DNA from: an uncultured Clostridia bacterium
GTDB taxonomy: Bacteria; Bacillota; Clostridia; TANB77; CAG-508
NCBI GenBank assembly: GCA_944386325.1
Contig: CALXAP010000002.1
Coordinates: 63,030 to 127,029 of the forward strand
Length of the DNA: 64,000 bases
Direction of reading: 5' to 3'
Position numbers and translations under genes: made by a program. Positions within the stretch are counted from its first letter, which is position 1. Every line of letters starts with the position of its first letter. The notes under the pieces were generated by a model that was not told where the DNA came from, did no database searches, and worked only from the letters and a program-made list of their open reading frames with translations. Below, piece by piece: positions 31,277 through 41,817 of the stretch.

Positions 31277-33361
31277 TTATTCTTCACTTTTCTTTCTAGA
31301 TGCTACAATAGTTTCTAAAACAGATTTTGGAACTTCTTCATAATGTGATGGTTCCATTGCATATGTTCCTCTTCCTTGAGTTTTAGAACGTAAATCTGTT
31401 GCATATCCAAACATTTCAGAAAGTGGAATAAATCCTCTTATTATTTGATTTCCATTTCTAGCTTCCATTCCTTCCATTCTTCCACGTCTAGAGTTAATAT
31501 CTCCAATAACATCTCCCATATATTCTTCTGGAACTGTTACTTCTACTTTCATAATTGGCTCTAATATAACTGGACTCGCTTTTTTACATCCATCTTTGAA
31601 AGCCATTGATGCAGCTATTTTAAATGCCATTTCTGAAGAGTCAACTTCATGATATGAACCATCTACTAAAGTAGCTTTAAAATCTATAACTGGATATCCA
31701 GCAAGTACACCACTTTCAGCTGCTTCTCTAATACCTGCTTCTATAGGTTTTACATATTCTTTTGGAACAGCTCCACCTACTATTTTACTTTCAAATTCTA
31801 TACCTTTTCCTGGCTCTAATGGTTCAAGTTCTAACCAAACATGACCATATTGTCCTTTACCACCAGATTGACGTATAAATTTACCTTCTACTCTAACAGG
31901 TTTTCTAATTGTTTCTTTGTACGCAACTTGTGGTTTTCCTACATTAGCTTCTACTTTGAATTCTCTTTTTAATCTATCTACTATTATATCCAAATGCAAT
32001 TCACCCATACCAGCTATAACTGTTTGACCTGTTTCATGATTTGTATATGTTTTAAATGTTGGATCCTCTTCAGCAAGTTTTGCTAAAGCAATACCCATTT
32101 TCTCTTGAGCAACTTTGTCTTTTGGCTCAATTGCTATATCGATAACAGGTTCTGGGAATTCCATAGATTCTAATATTACAGGATTATCTATATCACATAA
32201 TGTATCACCTGTTGTTACTTCTTTTAATCCAACTGCTGCTGCAATATCACCAGCATATACTTTTTCTATATCCTCTCTGTGATTTGCATGCATTTGTAAT
32301 ATTCTTCCTATTCTTTCTTTTTTATCTTTATTAGCATTTAATACTGTTGAACCAGATGATAATGTTCCTGAATATACTCTAAAGAAACATAATTTACCAA
32401 CAAATGGATCTGTAGCTATTTTAAATGCTAATGCTGCAAATGGTTGATCATCTCCTGTAATTCTTTCTGTTTCATTTCCATCTAAATCCACACCTTTAAT
32501 ATGTGGTATATCTAATGGAGAAGGCATATATTCAACTATATTATTTAATAATTCTTGTACACCTTTATTTTTATATGATGATCCACAACATACTGGTACT
32601 ATATTGTTAGCTATAGTTCCTTTTCTTATAGCAGCTTTTATTTCTTGTTCTGTTAATTCTGCACCATCTAAATATTTCATCATCAATTCATCATCTTGTT
32701 CTGCTGCAGCTTCTATTAATTGAGCATGATATTTTTCTGCTAATTCTTTCATATCTTCTGGAATATCTTTTTCTTCTATTTCTTTTCCTAAATCATCTTT
32801 ATGAACGAATGCTCTCATTTTTATTAAATCAACTATTCCAACAAAAGAATCTTCTGCTCCTATTGGTAATTGTACTGGAACAGCATTTGCATTTAATCTT
32901 GATTTCATTTGTTCAACACAACCAAAGAAATTTGCACCTGTAATATCCATTTTATTAACATATGCCATTCTTGGTACACGATACTTATCTGCTTGTCTCC
33001 AAACAGTTTCTGATTGTGGTTGTACACCACCTTTAGCACAAAATACAGTAACTGAACCATCTAATACTCTTAAAGATCTTTCAACCTCAACTGTAAAATC
33101 AACGTGTCCAGGTGTATCTATAATATTTATTCTATGTCCTAACCATTGACAAGTAGTAGCAGCAGAAGTAATTGTTATACCTCTTTCTTGTTCTTGTTCC
33201 ATCCAGTCCATTGTTGCTGCACCTTCATGAACTTCTCCTATTTTATGTGTTTTACCTGTATAAAATAGAATTCTTTCAGTTGTCGTTGTTTTTCCAGCAT
33301 CTATATGTGCCATTATTCCTATATTTCTTGTTTTCTCAAGTGGAAAAGCTCTTCCTGCCAT
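31277..33361 (-). CDS. fusA: elongation factor G
   Basis: [20 protein letters not shown] and full-length EF-G pattern. 694 aa. Confidence 0.97.
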   Translation of the reverse strand: MAGRAFPLEKTRNIGIMAHIDAGKTTTTERILFYTGKTHKIGEVHEGAATMDWMEQEQERGITITSAATTCQWLGHRINIIDTPGHVDFTVEVERSLRVLDGSVTVFCAKGGVQPQSETVWRQADKYRVPRMAYVNKMDITGANFFGCVEQMKSRLNANAVPVQLPIGAEDSFVGIVDLIKMRAFVHKDDLGKEIEEKDIPEDMKELAEKYHAQLIEAAAEQDDELMMKYLDGAELTEQEIKAAIRKGTIANNIVPVCCGSSYKNKGVQELLNNIVEYMPSPLDIPHIKGVDLDGNETERITGDDQPFAALAFKIATDPFVGKLCFFRVYSGTLSSGSTVLNANKDKKERIGRILQMHANHREDIEKVYAGDIAAAVGLKEVTTGDTLCDIDNPVILESMEFPEPVIDIAIEPKDKVAQEKMGIALAKLAEEDPTFKTYTNHETGQTVIAGMGELHLDIIVDRLKREFKVEANVGKPQVAYKETIRKPVRVEGKFIRQSGGKGQYGHVWLELEPLEPGKGIEFESKIVGGAVPKEYVKPIEAGIREAAESGVLAGYPVIDFKATLVDGSYHEVDSSEMAFKIAASMAFKDGCKKASPVILEPIMKVEVTVPEEYMGDVIGDINSRRGRMEGMEARNGNQIIRGFIPLSEMFGYATDLRSKTQGRGTYAMEPSHYEEVPKSVLETIVASRKKSEE

Positions 33362-33455
33362 TGCTCTTATTTCCCTCCTTTAAGTAATACTATTTCGTAC
33401 ACTTATTACATATATTATAATCCAAAACTTTTAAAATATTAGTTTTGTTTAAATT

Positions 33456-33926
33456 TTACCATTTATAATGTGCAAAAGCTCTATTTGCTTCAGCCATTCT
33501 ATGTGTATCTTCTTTCTTTTTGAAAGCTCCACCAGTGTTATTTATAGCATCTATAATTTCACCAGCTAATTTTTCAGCCATTGTTTTTTCATGTCTGTTT
33601 CTTGCATAAGTAACAAGCCATCTTAAACCTAAAGTTTGTTTTCTTTCAGGTCTTATTTCGATTGGAACTTGATATGTAGCTCCACCTACTCTTCTTGCTT
33701 TAACTTCAAGAACAGGCATAATATTATTTAATGCTAATTCAAAAACTTCTAATGGATTTTTTTGTTCCTTTTCCTTTACAATATCAAAAGCACCATAAAC
33801 AATATTTTGTGCTACTGTTTTTTTACCATCTAACATAATATTGTTTATTAATTTTGTAACTATTTTGCTATTATATATTGGATCTGGTAACACATCTCTT
33901 TTAGCTATATAACCTTTTCTTGGCAC
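33456..33926 (-). CDS. rpsG: 30S ribosomal protein S7
   Basis: 156 aa, typical S7 sequence. Confidence 0.95.
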   Translation of the reverse strand: MPRKGYIAKRDVLPDPIYNSKIVTKLINNIMLDGKKTVAQNIVYGAFDIVKEKEQKNPLEVFELALNNIMPVLEVKARRVGGATYQVPIEIRPERKQTLGLRWLVTYARNRHEKTMAEKLAGEIIDAINNTGGAFKKKEDTHRMAEANRAFAHYKW

Positions 33927-34070
33927 TATTCTTCACTCCTTTACTAAAAACTATAATTTTAATAAAATACGATACTTTAAAAAAAGTATCAGTTACTCTG
34001 AAAAACTCAGTTTAGTGCTACATAAAAATTAATGTAATATATTTTATTTAGCACCTCAGGATAACCTATT

Positions 34071-34484
34071 TTATTTCTTAGGTTTTTTTGCTCCATATTT
34101 AGATCTAGCTTGATTTCTATCTTTAACTCCAGCTGTATCTAAAGTTCCTCTTATTATGTGATATCTAACACCAGGTAAGTCTTTAACTCTTCCACCTCTT
34201 ATTAAAACAACACTATGTTCTTGTAAGTTGTGACCTATTCCTGGTATGTATGAAGTAACTTCATAACCATTTGAAAGTCTTACCCTAGCAACTTTTCTTA
34301 AAGCTGAGTTTGGTTTTTTAGGTGTAACTGTTTTAACTACTGTACATACACCTCTTTTTTGTGGTGCTCTATTATCTGTTTGTCTATTCTTTTTAGAGTT
34401 AAAACCTTTTTGAAGAGCTGGTGCATTAGATTTTGTTGTTGAGCTTTTTCTTCCTTTTCTTACTAATTGATTAATTGTTGGCAT
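34071..34484 (-). CDS. rpsL: 30S ribosomal protein S12
   Basis: [12 protein letters not shown]... [11 protein letters not shown] typical S12. Confidence 0.95.
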   Translation of the reverse strand: MPTINQLVRKGRKSSTTKSNAPALQKGFNSKKNRQTDNRAPQKRGVCTVVKTVTPKKPNSALRKVARVRLSNGYEVTSYIPGIGHNLQEHSVVLIRGGRVKDLPGVRYHIIRGTLDTAGVKDRNQARSKYGAKKPKK

Positions 34485-34612
34485 TTTTTCACCTCCGCTA
34501 AATAAAATATATTACTAATATTCTCTATATTAGCATTGTATATTTTACCATTGTTTTAGCACTTAGTCAATATTTAGTGGAATTTATATCTTCAATTTTT
34601 AAGAAATATCTT

Positions 34613-34644
34613 TGTAGGACAGGCGAACACTGCTTTCCCCTACA
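34613..34644 (+). repeat. GC-rich palindrome family C copy, upstream of the rpsL operon
   Basis: TGTAGGACAGGCGAACACTGCTTTCCCCTACA, preceded by a B-like module AATTTATATCTTCAATTTTTAAGAAATATCTT. Confidence 0.7.
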
Positions 34645-34720
34645 ACTATAATATTAGATTTTATAAATCTTTTTGTACATATATTTTTTAGATAATAGAA
34701 ATTTAAATTTCCTATTATTT

Positions 34721-34752
34721 AAAAAACCGCACCTATATAGATGCGGTTTTTT
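34721..34752. terminator. bidirectional rho-independent terminator
   Basis: AAAAAACCGCACCTATATAGATGCGGTTTTTT, 5 bp after the stop of the 34757..34966 gene. Confidence 0.7.
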
Positions 34753-34756
34753 ACTT

Positions 34757-34966
34757 TCATTTTAAGAGTGAAATTATTTCATTCACTTTTATCCCTACGT
34801 CTGAATCTTCGTTTGATGTAGGTGATGTGATATCAAGAATATTTTTTTCATTTTCAATCACCTTTTTACTTTGATTGCTCATTGCTAATGCTTCTGAGCA
34901 ATTTACATTTACCGTTCCAAATACAATAGCTACACCCAAAAAAACATACAGCAATCTTGTAAACAT
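34757..34966 (-). CDS. small secreted protein (cassette 1 of a 5-gene array)
   Basis: 69 aa. GGAGG 8 nt upstream of the ATG. Signal peptide MFTRLLYVFLGVAIVFGTVNVNCSEA. Confidence 0.55.
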   Translation of the reverse strand: MFTRLLYVFLGVAIVFGTVNVNCSEALAMSNQSKKVIENEKNILDITSPTSNEDSDVGIKVNEIISLLK

Positions 34967-35071
34967 TTTAGTGTCCTCCTTAAAAATTATTAAATTACAA
35001 TATTTATATCATGTTTTATGTAAAGCTGTCAATGCTTTTGTTTAATTTTGTAAATTAAAAGGTAACTCTAT

Positions 35072-35322
35072 GTTACAATTCACAGCTAATAAAATATATA
35101 AAGATTTTGATATAATAATATTGAATAAATTTTGAATGCGATTGGAGATGTTTATAGAATTTGTTATATAATTTAATGAGGAATGTTCATGGGCAAAATC
35201 TTTGATTTTGAGCCTGAATGAAAGAGGCTCATTAAATTATTTTACAAATTCTTAAATATCGTATTGAGCCGAAAAATTTATGAAATATTATCATATCAAA
35301 ATCGTATGCCGTGAATAGTAAC
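35072..35322 (+). repeat. composite MITE-like element carrying the ~170-bp E module (copy 1)
   Basis: Termini GTTACAATTCACAGC ... GCCGTGAATAGTAAC. Interior nearly identical to 45204-45453 and 63361-63573. Contains the RBS + micro-ORF at 35189..35221. Confidence 0.8.
35189..35221 (+). other. conserved 10-codon micro-ORF MGKIFDFEPE inside the E module (copy 1), overlapped by the hairpin GAGCCTGAATGAAAGAGGCTC
   Basis: GAGGA 6 nt upstream of the ATG. Identical ORFs at 45319..45351 and 63440..63472. Confidence 0.35.
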
Positions 35323-35372
35323 AACTCTATTAAGAAGTAGAATTAATATATTCAATTTTTGAGAAATATCTT

Positions 35373-35404
35373 TGTAGTTCGGGCGAACACTGTTTGCCCC
35401 TACA
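35373..35404 (+). repeat. GC-rich palindrome family C copy
   Basis: TGTAGTTCGGGCGAACACTGTTTGCCCCTACA preceded by ATATATTCAATTTTTGAGAAATATCTT. Confidence 0.75.
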
Positions 35405-35457
35405 TCTATTCTATTAGATTTTTTCTATTTTAGATTTTACATCTAAATAGTTAAATT

Positions 35458-35487
35458 AAAAGAGATGCCTATTAAAAGCATCTCTAT
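35458..35487 (-). terminator. rho-independent terminator of cassette 2
   Basis: AGAGATGC-TTTTAAT-AGGCATCTCT hairpin followed by a T-run on the minus strand. Confidence 0.65.
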
Positions 35488-35503
35488 GGAGTCATCATTA
35501 TTG

Positions 35504-35845
35504 CTAAGTATCAATAGGTATAAATTTTATTTTTGCATAAAATTTTCCTTTATAATCACTACTGCAATTATTATAGATAATAAGATAATTTTCTGGTGCA
35601 TCTAGCACATTTAAAGAGTACATTATATCTTGTAATACCTTGCTATCATAATCAATCAGCAATTCTAATTTTTTATTAGAGTTATCTGCCAGAAAATTCA
35701 TAATTGTTTTCAAATCTGATTCTTCAAGTTGATACACTTGATTATCGTCATTTTCAACTCGTACAACTGCAGATGCATCTGTAGTTGTTGTCATAGCATT
35801 TGCTAATATAAATAAGAATGCAACTACAAGTAATAACTTTTTCAT
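35504..35845 (-). CDS. small secreted protein (cassette 2)
   Basis: Longest ORF reaches 35875, but AAGGAG sits before the internal ATG at 35845 (MKKLLLVVAFLFILANA signal peptide). Own sigma-A-like promoter and terminator. Confidence 0.55.
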   Translation of the reverse strand: MKKLLLVVAFLFILANAMTTTTDASAVVRVENDDNQVYQLEESDLKTIMNFLADNSNKKLELLIDYDSKVLQDIMYSLNVLDAPENYLIIYNNCSSDYKGKFYAKIKFIPIDT

Positions 35846-36022
35846 GATGAACCGACTCCTTTTTAAGTAATACATATTAAATGTCAGTATCTGTATTATA
35901 CCACTTTTTATAGTGCTTAGTAAACAATTTATGTTATTTTTATGAGCATTTTAAAAGAGGGCGTCTATTCAGACACCCTCCCATGGAGTCAACGAAAAAA
36001 ATTCACTTCACTACTTATTTAA

Positions 36023-36466
36023 TTATTTAATGTTCTCGCTCTGATATTGATTATACAGCGACAATGCCGCCACCACACTTTGTAGGGTTTTGTTTAGATT
36101 AGCCCTCCTTTCTTCTGCTTCTGGAGAAGAACCATCCAATACTTCAATTTCATAATATGATGTCCCATCGTCATACTCCCATTTCTTATGGTATATTATG
36201 AAAACATCTTCATTACTATATGCAGTTTCTAACTGCTTATTGAAATTAGATTTTTCTTCTCTATTGTCAAGCCAAACTTGAAATTCACCTCCAGCCTCCT
36301 TAACTAACGCTTTAAGTTCTTCTGGAGTAACTCCATTTAAATCATAAGCCACTGCATTTTCTGCAGTTCCAGTCTGTATGACAGGCTGTGCATAACTATG
36401 ATTTAAACCAAATCCCAAAATCAAACCCGAAACAACAACCAACATAGTAACTATCATTTTTTTCAT
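36023..36466 (-). CDS. small secreted protein (cassette 3)
   Basis: 147 aa. Signal peptide MKKMIVTMLVVVSGLILGFGLNHSYA. RBS GGAGG. Promoter TTTACA-N17-TATAAT at ~36505-36535 (minus strand). Confidence 0.6.
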   Translation of the reverse strand: MKKMIVTMLVVVSGLILGFGLNHSYAQPVIQTGTAENAVAYDLNGVTPEELKALVKEAGGEFQVWLDNREEKSNFNKQLETAYSNEDVFIIYHKKWEYDDGTSYYEIEVLDGSSPEAEERRANLNKTLQSVVAALSLYNQYQSENIK

Positions 36467-36689
36467 TTAATTTTCCTCCAAACTGAATACACTACGTTGA
36501 GCTCCATGACTATATTATAGCATTTTTAGCATAAGTTGTAAATGCTTTATGTTAATTTGATATATTAGTTCTACTTATACTTATTATTATTTAGAATTTC
36601 AACACTTTTATAAAGCATTTATTTTGATAAGCATATTAAAAGGAGGGTCTACTAAGACACCTCCCTATGGAGCAATTTTTTTACTACTA

Positions 36690-37031
36690 CTATTCTAAAT
36701 CAATTATAAATATATTTTGTTCCATTACTTCATCGTCTTTTCCAAACCATGTTGGTTCAGATAATATGATGTAGTAATTTCCATCCATTACAGCCTCTCC
36801 TAGGCTTGTAATTTTTAATTCATCCTCTGTCTTAACAGACATTACTTTAATTTTACTTATCCCTCCTCCTAATTCAGTAGCAAAAACTTCTTTACTCGTA
36901 TTTGCGATTTCATAGACATTCCCATCAATTTCAGCTGTAATTTCCTGATACTTTTGAGTATCAGATGCATTTGTAATGCTAGCAAAAGATAAGGTAATCA
37001 AAGCAATCATTAAAACAAATACTTTTTTCAT
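36690..37031 (-). CDS. small secreted protein (cassette 4)
   Basis: 113 aa. Signal peptide MKKVFVLMIALITLSFASITNA. Promoter TTTACA-N17-TATAAT at ~37070-37100 (minus strand), homologous to the cassette 3 promoter. Confidence 0.6.
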   Translation of the reverse strand: MKKVFVLMIALITLSFASITNASDTQKYQEITAEIDGNVYEIANTSKEVFATELGGGISKIKVMSVKTEDELKITSLGEAVMDGNYYIILSEPTWFGKDDEVMEQNIFIIDLE

Positions 37032-37271
37032 AAAAAATTACTCCCTTCAAAATGCAAAACATGTTGCTCCATGACTATATTATAACATTTTTAGCACAAT
37101 CTGTAAATGTATTATGTGAATTTTGTTATTAGTTATACTTATGCCTATTATTATTTTAATTATATATCATCTTATACTTTTTGATTTTTAGGCATTTTAA
37201 AAGAGATGCCTATTTAGACATCTCTTTTGGAGCAATTTGTTTATATCCGAAAAATATATGTTATTATTCAT

Positions 37272-37583
37272 TTATATCTCAAAAATATACCCACTTTCTA
37301 CTAAAACCTCATTTTGACTTTCTTTCCAGCTCCTGTTTGTAATCTTTATATAATAACCTCCATTATTCAACTTATTTATACTTGTCTTATCCCTACTTAT
37401 AGGTATCCGCTCTATTTTGTTAATTGATTGAAGATTTTGTTTTAAAGTTTCTACTGAATTATTTCGATTATTAATTCTACTAATTAAATCTTGATAACTA
37501 TTTACTCTATCATACGCCATACAATTTGTAGTATTAAGAACTAATAATCCAACAAATGAGAAAATCGCTAATAATGTTTTCAT
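37272..37583 (-). CDS. small secreted protein (cassette 5)
   Basis: 103 aa. Signal peptide MKTLLAIFSFVGLLVLNTTNCMA. Confidence 0.55.
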   Translation of the reverse strand: MKTLLAIFSFVGLLVLNTTNCMAYDRVNSYQDLISRINNRNNSVETLKQNLQSINKIERIPISRDKTSINKLNNGGYYIKITNRSWKESQNEVLVESGYIFEI

Positions 37584-37693
37584 TTTAATCGCTCCTTTTG
37601 TAATATACTAAGTTGCTCCAGTTTTTCTATTATATCACTTTTTTTATAAATCTCAATATTTTATGTGAATTTTTTTAATTTTATTATTTATGT

Positions 37694-37852
37694 GTTATTA
37701 TAATTCACAGCTTATATAGTTACATGTTCAATTTCTTGATAAATAGCTCTGTTGTGCGGGCGAACACTGCTTGCCCCTACAGCTATTCTATTAGATTCTT
37801 CTATATAAGTTTTTATAGATTTTGATATAATTATATAGCTGTAAATTGTAAC
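37694..37852 (+). repeat. composite MITE-like element (A-B-C-D-A') between cassette 5 and the Nudix gene
   Basis: GTTATTATAATTCACAGC ... AGCTGTAAATTGTAAC termini. Contains TGTTGTGCGGGCGAACACTGCTTGCCCCTACAGC (37750-37783). Confidence 0.75.
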
Positions 37853-37853
37853 T

Positions 37854-38255
37854 TTAATTTAAATCTTTTAAAACATCTCTTAAAACTTGTTTAGATTCCT
37901 CAAATGTAATCTCATCAAGAGCTTTCTCTACATCAACCCAAATAATTTGTGCCACTTCTTCTTCTTGGGGTTTATCTTCACCAGAAACTTTTCTTGCTAA
38001 AAAATAAATAACATCTTTTATAACACCTTCTTCTGGTGAATATGTTTCTTTATATACTTTATCGCTAATTATTTCAACATCAATATTTGTTTCTTCTTTT
38101 ATTTCTCTTATTGCAGTTTCTTTATCTGTTTCATTTTCTTCTGGATGTCCCTTTGGAAATCCTATATGCCCTTTTTGATGTTTTACAAGTAATACTTTTC
38201 CATGATCAATTACAATACATCCACATGATTTATCTTTTTTCATAAAAACCTCCAT
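37854..38255 (-). CDS. Nudix hydrolase
   Basis: Nudix box GFPKGHPEENETDKETAIREIKEETNI (GX5EX7REUXEEXGU). Confidence 0.8.
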   Translation of the reverse strand: MEVFMKKDKSCGCIVIDHGKVLLVKHQKGHIGFPKGHPEENETDKETAIREIKEETNIDVEIISDKVYKETYSPEEGVIKDVIYFLARKVSGEDKPQEEEVAQIIWVDVEKALDEITFEESKQVLRDVLKDLN

Positions 38256-38270
38256 TTGAGTAATTTCTTC

Positions 38271-38304
38271 GCAATACGGGCGAACAATGTTTGCCCCCTA
38301 CATA
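38271..38304 (+). repeat. GC-rich palindrome family C copy, 16 bp upstream of the Nudix start
   Basis: GCAATACGGGCGAACAATGTTTGCCCCCTACATA. Confidence 0.7.
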
Positions 38305-38413
38305 TCTACTATTATTTTTTTACTAAAATATTTAAATTCTCTACTTTCTAAGTATTAATTAACTAACTATATATCTTTTTGTAGTAGCTTCTTATATTAA
38401 AAAATTTAGAGTA

Positions 38414-38509
38414 GCTATTAAAGTGATATATAAACATTTAGAAGTCAAAGGCATTTAGGAAGACCCTAGCTATCATTTTGACAATAAATGTTTATATATC
38501 ACTTTAATA
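38414..38509 (+). repeat. long-stem hairpin element (family G), copy 3, with a co-varying stem
   Basis: Stem CTATTAAAGTGATATATAAACATTT / AAATGTTTATATATCACTTTAATAG is a perfect 25-bp inverted repeat. Its sequence differs from copies 1 and 2, but the 46-nt core AGAAGTCAAAGGCATTTAGGAAGACCCTAGCTATCATTTTGACAAT is conserved. Confidence 0.8.
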
Positions 38510-38542
38510 GCGGATTATTTTATAAGTGAACTACTAATTACT

Positions 38543-38962
38543 CTATGGCAATACATACCTTATATTTCTAGTTATTGTTGTGCCTTTACCTATTTCCATA
38601 TTTACTGCGACAACTTGTTTATAATCAATATTTATTAATTGAAACGTACATTTTTTTACATGATTAACTAATGCTACTTTATTTAAATATATCTTATTAT
38701 CCTGAAAAGTATATTTATTTCCACTACTAAATTCAATAGAATTACTTGTTACATTTGTAACTTCATTATTTAATTTTTTTACTTCTTCTACAAAAGCCAA
38801 ATTAAATTTACTATATTCTGCAACTCTATCTGTTGCTTCATTCATTTGTACAATATTCGTATTAATAAATGATATTATAACTGTAACTATTCCTATTATT
38901 ATAGTAAAACCTACTACATACACAACTAAATTTGCAAGTGTTATACCTTTATTATCTTTCAT
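38543..38962 (-). CDS. hypothetical single-pass membrane protein
   Basis: 139 aa. The N-terminus KGITLANLVVYVVGFTIIIGIVTVII is reminiscent of a pilin-like hydrophobic N-terminus but lacks the canonical G-F-T-L-I-E. Confidence 0.4.
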   Translation of the reverse strand: MKDNKGITLANLVVYVVGFTIIIGIVTVIISFINTNIVQMNEATDRVAEYSKFNLAFVEEVKKLNNEVTNVTSNSIEFSSGNKYTFQDNKIYLNKVALVNHVKKCTFQLINIDYKQVVAVNMEIGKGTTITRNIRYVLP

Positions 38963-38977
38963 AAAAACCTCTCTTTT

Positions 38978-40042
38978 CTATTGTATTTTTCCACCACCTA
39001 GAACAATTCCATCATCGTCATAAAAAACAATTGATTGTCCTGGTGTAATAGCCCTTTGCGGACTATCGAATACTACTTTTATAGTATCTTCATCTTTATG
39101 TATAAGCTCTGCATCTGCTTCTTTTGCAGAATATCTAATTTTAGCTTTTATTTTCATATTGTCTTTATTTATTGGAATTAACATATTTACATCATTTACA
39201 TATAATTCATTTCTAAATATATATTTTTCTTCTCCAACTATAACTTCATTTCTATCTAAATTCAATTTTACTACATATAAAGGATTTTTATATGCTATTC
39301 CTAATCCTTTTCTTTGACCAATTGTATAATTTATTATTCCTTTATGTCTTCCCAAAATTTCACCATTTACATGAACTATATTTCCTTCTATATTCTTGTT
39401 TACTCCATGATTTTTTAAGAATTTTACATAATCATTATCTGGTATGAAACATATTTCTTGGCTATCTGGCTTATTTGCTACATTTATACCATAATTTTTA
39501 GCTATTTGTCTAATCTTATCTTTTGTTTCAAAATTTCCAAGTGGAAATTTTATATATGGTATTATTTCTTTTTTTATTCCATATAATACATATGTCTGGT
39601 CTTTTGTTTTTGATCTAGATTTTTTTATTACATATGTTTTATATTTATTATTATACTCCACATTTGCATAATGACCTGTTGCTATATATTCACATCCTAA
39701 TTCTTTTGCTTTTTCGTAAAAGTAAGCAAACTTCAAATTCTTATTACATTCAATACATGGATTTGGTGTTTTTGCACATTTATAACAATTTATAAAATTA
39801 TCTATTACATTTTTCTTAAAACACTCTGTTGCATCAAATATATAATGTTTAATTTTAAGCTTTTCACATACCTTTTTAGCATCTTCTTGCTCTTTTAATG
39901 AATTATCATTTTTCCACAATTGCATAGTTGCTCCAATTACTTCATACCCTTGCTCTTGTAGTAATATTGCAGAAACACTACTATCAACACCACCACTCAT
40001 ACCAACTAAAACTTTTTCCACACTATACCTCATCATCTTCAA
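38978..40042 (-). CDS. mnmA: tRNA-specific 2-thiouridylase MnmA
   Basis: PP-loop VGMSGGVDSSV and overall MnmA pattern. Confidence 0.9.
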   Translation of the reverse strand: MKMMRYSVEKVLVGMSGGVDSSVSAILLQEQGYEVIGATMQLWKNDNSLKEQEDAKKVCEKLKIKHYIFDATECFKKNVIDNFINCYKCAKTPNPCIECNKNLKFAYFYEKAKELGCEYIATGHYANVEYNNKYKTYVIKKSRSKTKDQTYVLYGIKKEIIPYIKFPLGNFETKDKIRQIAKNYGINVANKPDSQEICFIPDNDYVKFLKNHGVNKNIEGNIVHVNGEILGRHKGIINYTIGQRKGLGIAYKNPLYVVKLNLDRNEVIVGEEKYIFRNELYVNDVNMLIPINKDNMKIKAKIRYSAKEADAELIHKDEDTIKVVFDSPQRAITPGQSIVFYDDDGIVLGGGKIQ

Positions 40043-41792
40043 TATCTATTTTAATATGCACATCTTTTAATTGTTGCTCAGATACTTTTGAAGGTGCCCT
40101 CATAAGCAAGTCTCTTGCTTTTTTATTTTTTGGAAATGCAATAACATTTCTTATATTATCTTCATGTTCTATTAACATTATTATCCTGTCTATTCCTGGT
40201 GCTGCTCCAGCATGTGGTGGTGCCCCATACATAAATGCATTAAATAATGCTCCAAATCTTTTTTCTACATCTTCTCTAGAATATCCAGCAATTTCAAATG
40301 CTTTAACCATTAGTTCTGGATCATGATTTCTTACTGCACCTGATGCAATTTCATAACCATTACATACTAAATCATATTGGTATGCATATATATCCAATGG
40401 ATCTTTATTTTCTAATGCATCTAATCCCCCTTGTGGCATAGAAAAAGGATTATGACAAAAATCTATTGTTCCTTCATCTGATAATTCATACATTGGAAAA
40501 TCTACTATTAAACAAAAACGATAACAATTTTCTTCTAATAAATTTAATCTTTTTCCTAATTCAATTCTTAAATTACCTGCTAATTTTTGAACTACACCAT
40601 TTTTGTCAGCTATAAAAAATACAGCATCATCTTCCTTAATATCTAATTTTTCTATTAATTTTTGTTTTATTTCTTCTGATATAAATTTTGCAATTGAACC
40701 TGTAATATTTTTATTTTCACCTATTTTTATCCATGATAAGCCTGATGCTCCTAATTCTTCTGTTGCAAATTTAACCATATTGTCAAAGAATTTTCTTGAA
40801 TTATTTGCTCCATTTTGAACTTTAATAGCTTTTATAATTTTTCCTTCGAATCCTTTAAAGTCCATATATTCTAATTGTTTTGTAACATCTTCTATTATTA
40901 AAGGGTTTCTTAAATCTGGTTTATCTGTTCCATACTTTTCCATAGATTCTTTATATGGTATTCTTATAAAAGGTGTTTTGTCTACTTTCCAATCTGAATG
41001 TTTTTTAAATACACTTGGTATTACTGTTTCTAATATCTCGAAAATGTCTTCTTGTGTTGCAAATGACATCTCAAAATCTAATTGATAAAATTCTCCTGGC
41101 GATCTATCTGCTCTTGGGTCTTCATCTCTAAAACATGGAGCTATCTGAAAATATCTACTAAATCCAGAAATCATTAACAATTGCTTAAATTGTTGAGGTG
41201 CTTGTGGAAGTGCATAAAATTCACCTGGATGTAATCTGCTTGGTACCAAAAAATCTCTAGCTCCCTCTGGCGATGAATTTGCAAGTATTGGTGTTTGTAT
41301 TTCAACAAAATTTAATTTTCTCATTTCTTCTCTTATTGTATGTAAAATTTCAGATCTTAACAAAATATTTTTATGAAGTTTTTCATTTCTCAAATCCAAA
41401 AATCTATACTCTAGTCTTAAGTCTTCTCTTGCTTCGTTTTTATCTGAATTTATTTCAAATGGTAATACATTTTTACATTTACCTAACACTTCAATTTCTT
41501 CCACAATAATTTCAATTTCACCTGTTGAAATTTTTAAATTTTTACTTGCTCTTTCCACAACTTTTCCATATGCAGATATTGTACATTCTGTATTTATTTC
41601 ATTAAATACTTCTGAAAACTTTTCTATATCTGATATAACAAGTTGTGTAATCCCTGTTTCATCTCGCAAATCTATAAATACCATTCCACCCAAATTTCTA
41701 ATTTTTTGTACCCAGCCTGCAATTCTTACATATTTATCTTTATCTTTTATTGTTAGTTCTCCACAACTATTTGTTCTATATTTGTTCTTCAT
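40023..41792 (-). CDS. aspS: aspartyl-tRNA synthetase
   Basis: Class-II motifs FIDLRDETG, QIAPCFRDEDPRADR, GAPPHAGAAPGIDR. 589 aa. Confidence 0.9.
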   Translation of the reverse strand: MKNKYRTNSCGELTIKDKDKYVRIAGWVQKIRNLGGMVFIDLRDETGITQLVISDIEKFSEVFNEINTECTISAYGKVVERASKNLKISTGEIEIIVEEIEVLGKCKNVLPFEINSDKNEAREDLRLEYRFLDLRNEKLHKNILLRSEILHTIREEMRKLNFVEIQTPILANSSPEGARDFLVPSRLHPGEFYALPQAPQQFKQLLMISGFSRYFQIAPCFRDEDPRADRSPGEFYQLDFEMSFATQEDIFEILETVIPSVFKKHSDWKVDKTPFIRIPYKESMEKYGTDKPDLRNPLIIEDVTKQLEYMDFKGFEGKIIKAIKVQNGANNSRKFFDNMVKFATEELGASGLSWIKIGENKNITGSIAKFISEEIKQKLIEKLDIKEDDAVFFIADKNGVVQKLAGNLRIELGKRLNLLEENCYRFCLIVDFPMYELSDEGTIDFCHNPFSMPQGGLDALENKDPLDIYAYQYDLVCNGYEIASGAVRNHDPELMVKAFEIAGYSREDVEKRFGALFNAFMYGAPPHAGAAPGIDRIIMLIEHEDNIRNVIAFPKNKKARDLLMRAPSKVSEQQLKDVHIKIDIEDDEV

Positions 41793-41817
41793 AATTACAT
41801 ATCATTCCTTTCTAAAG

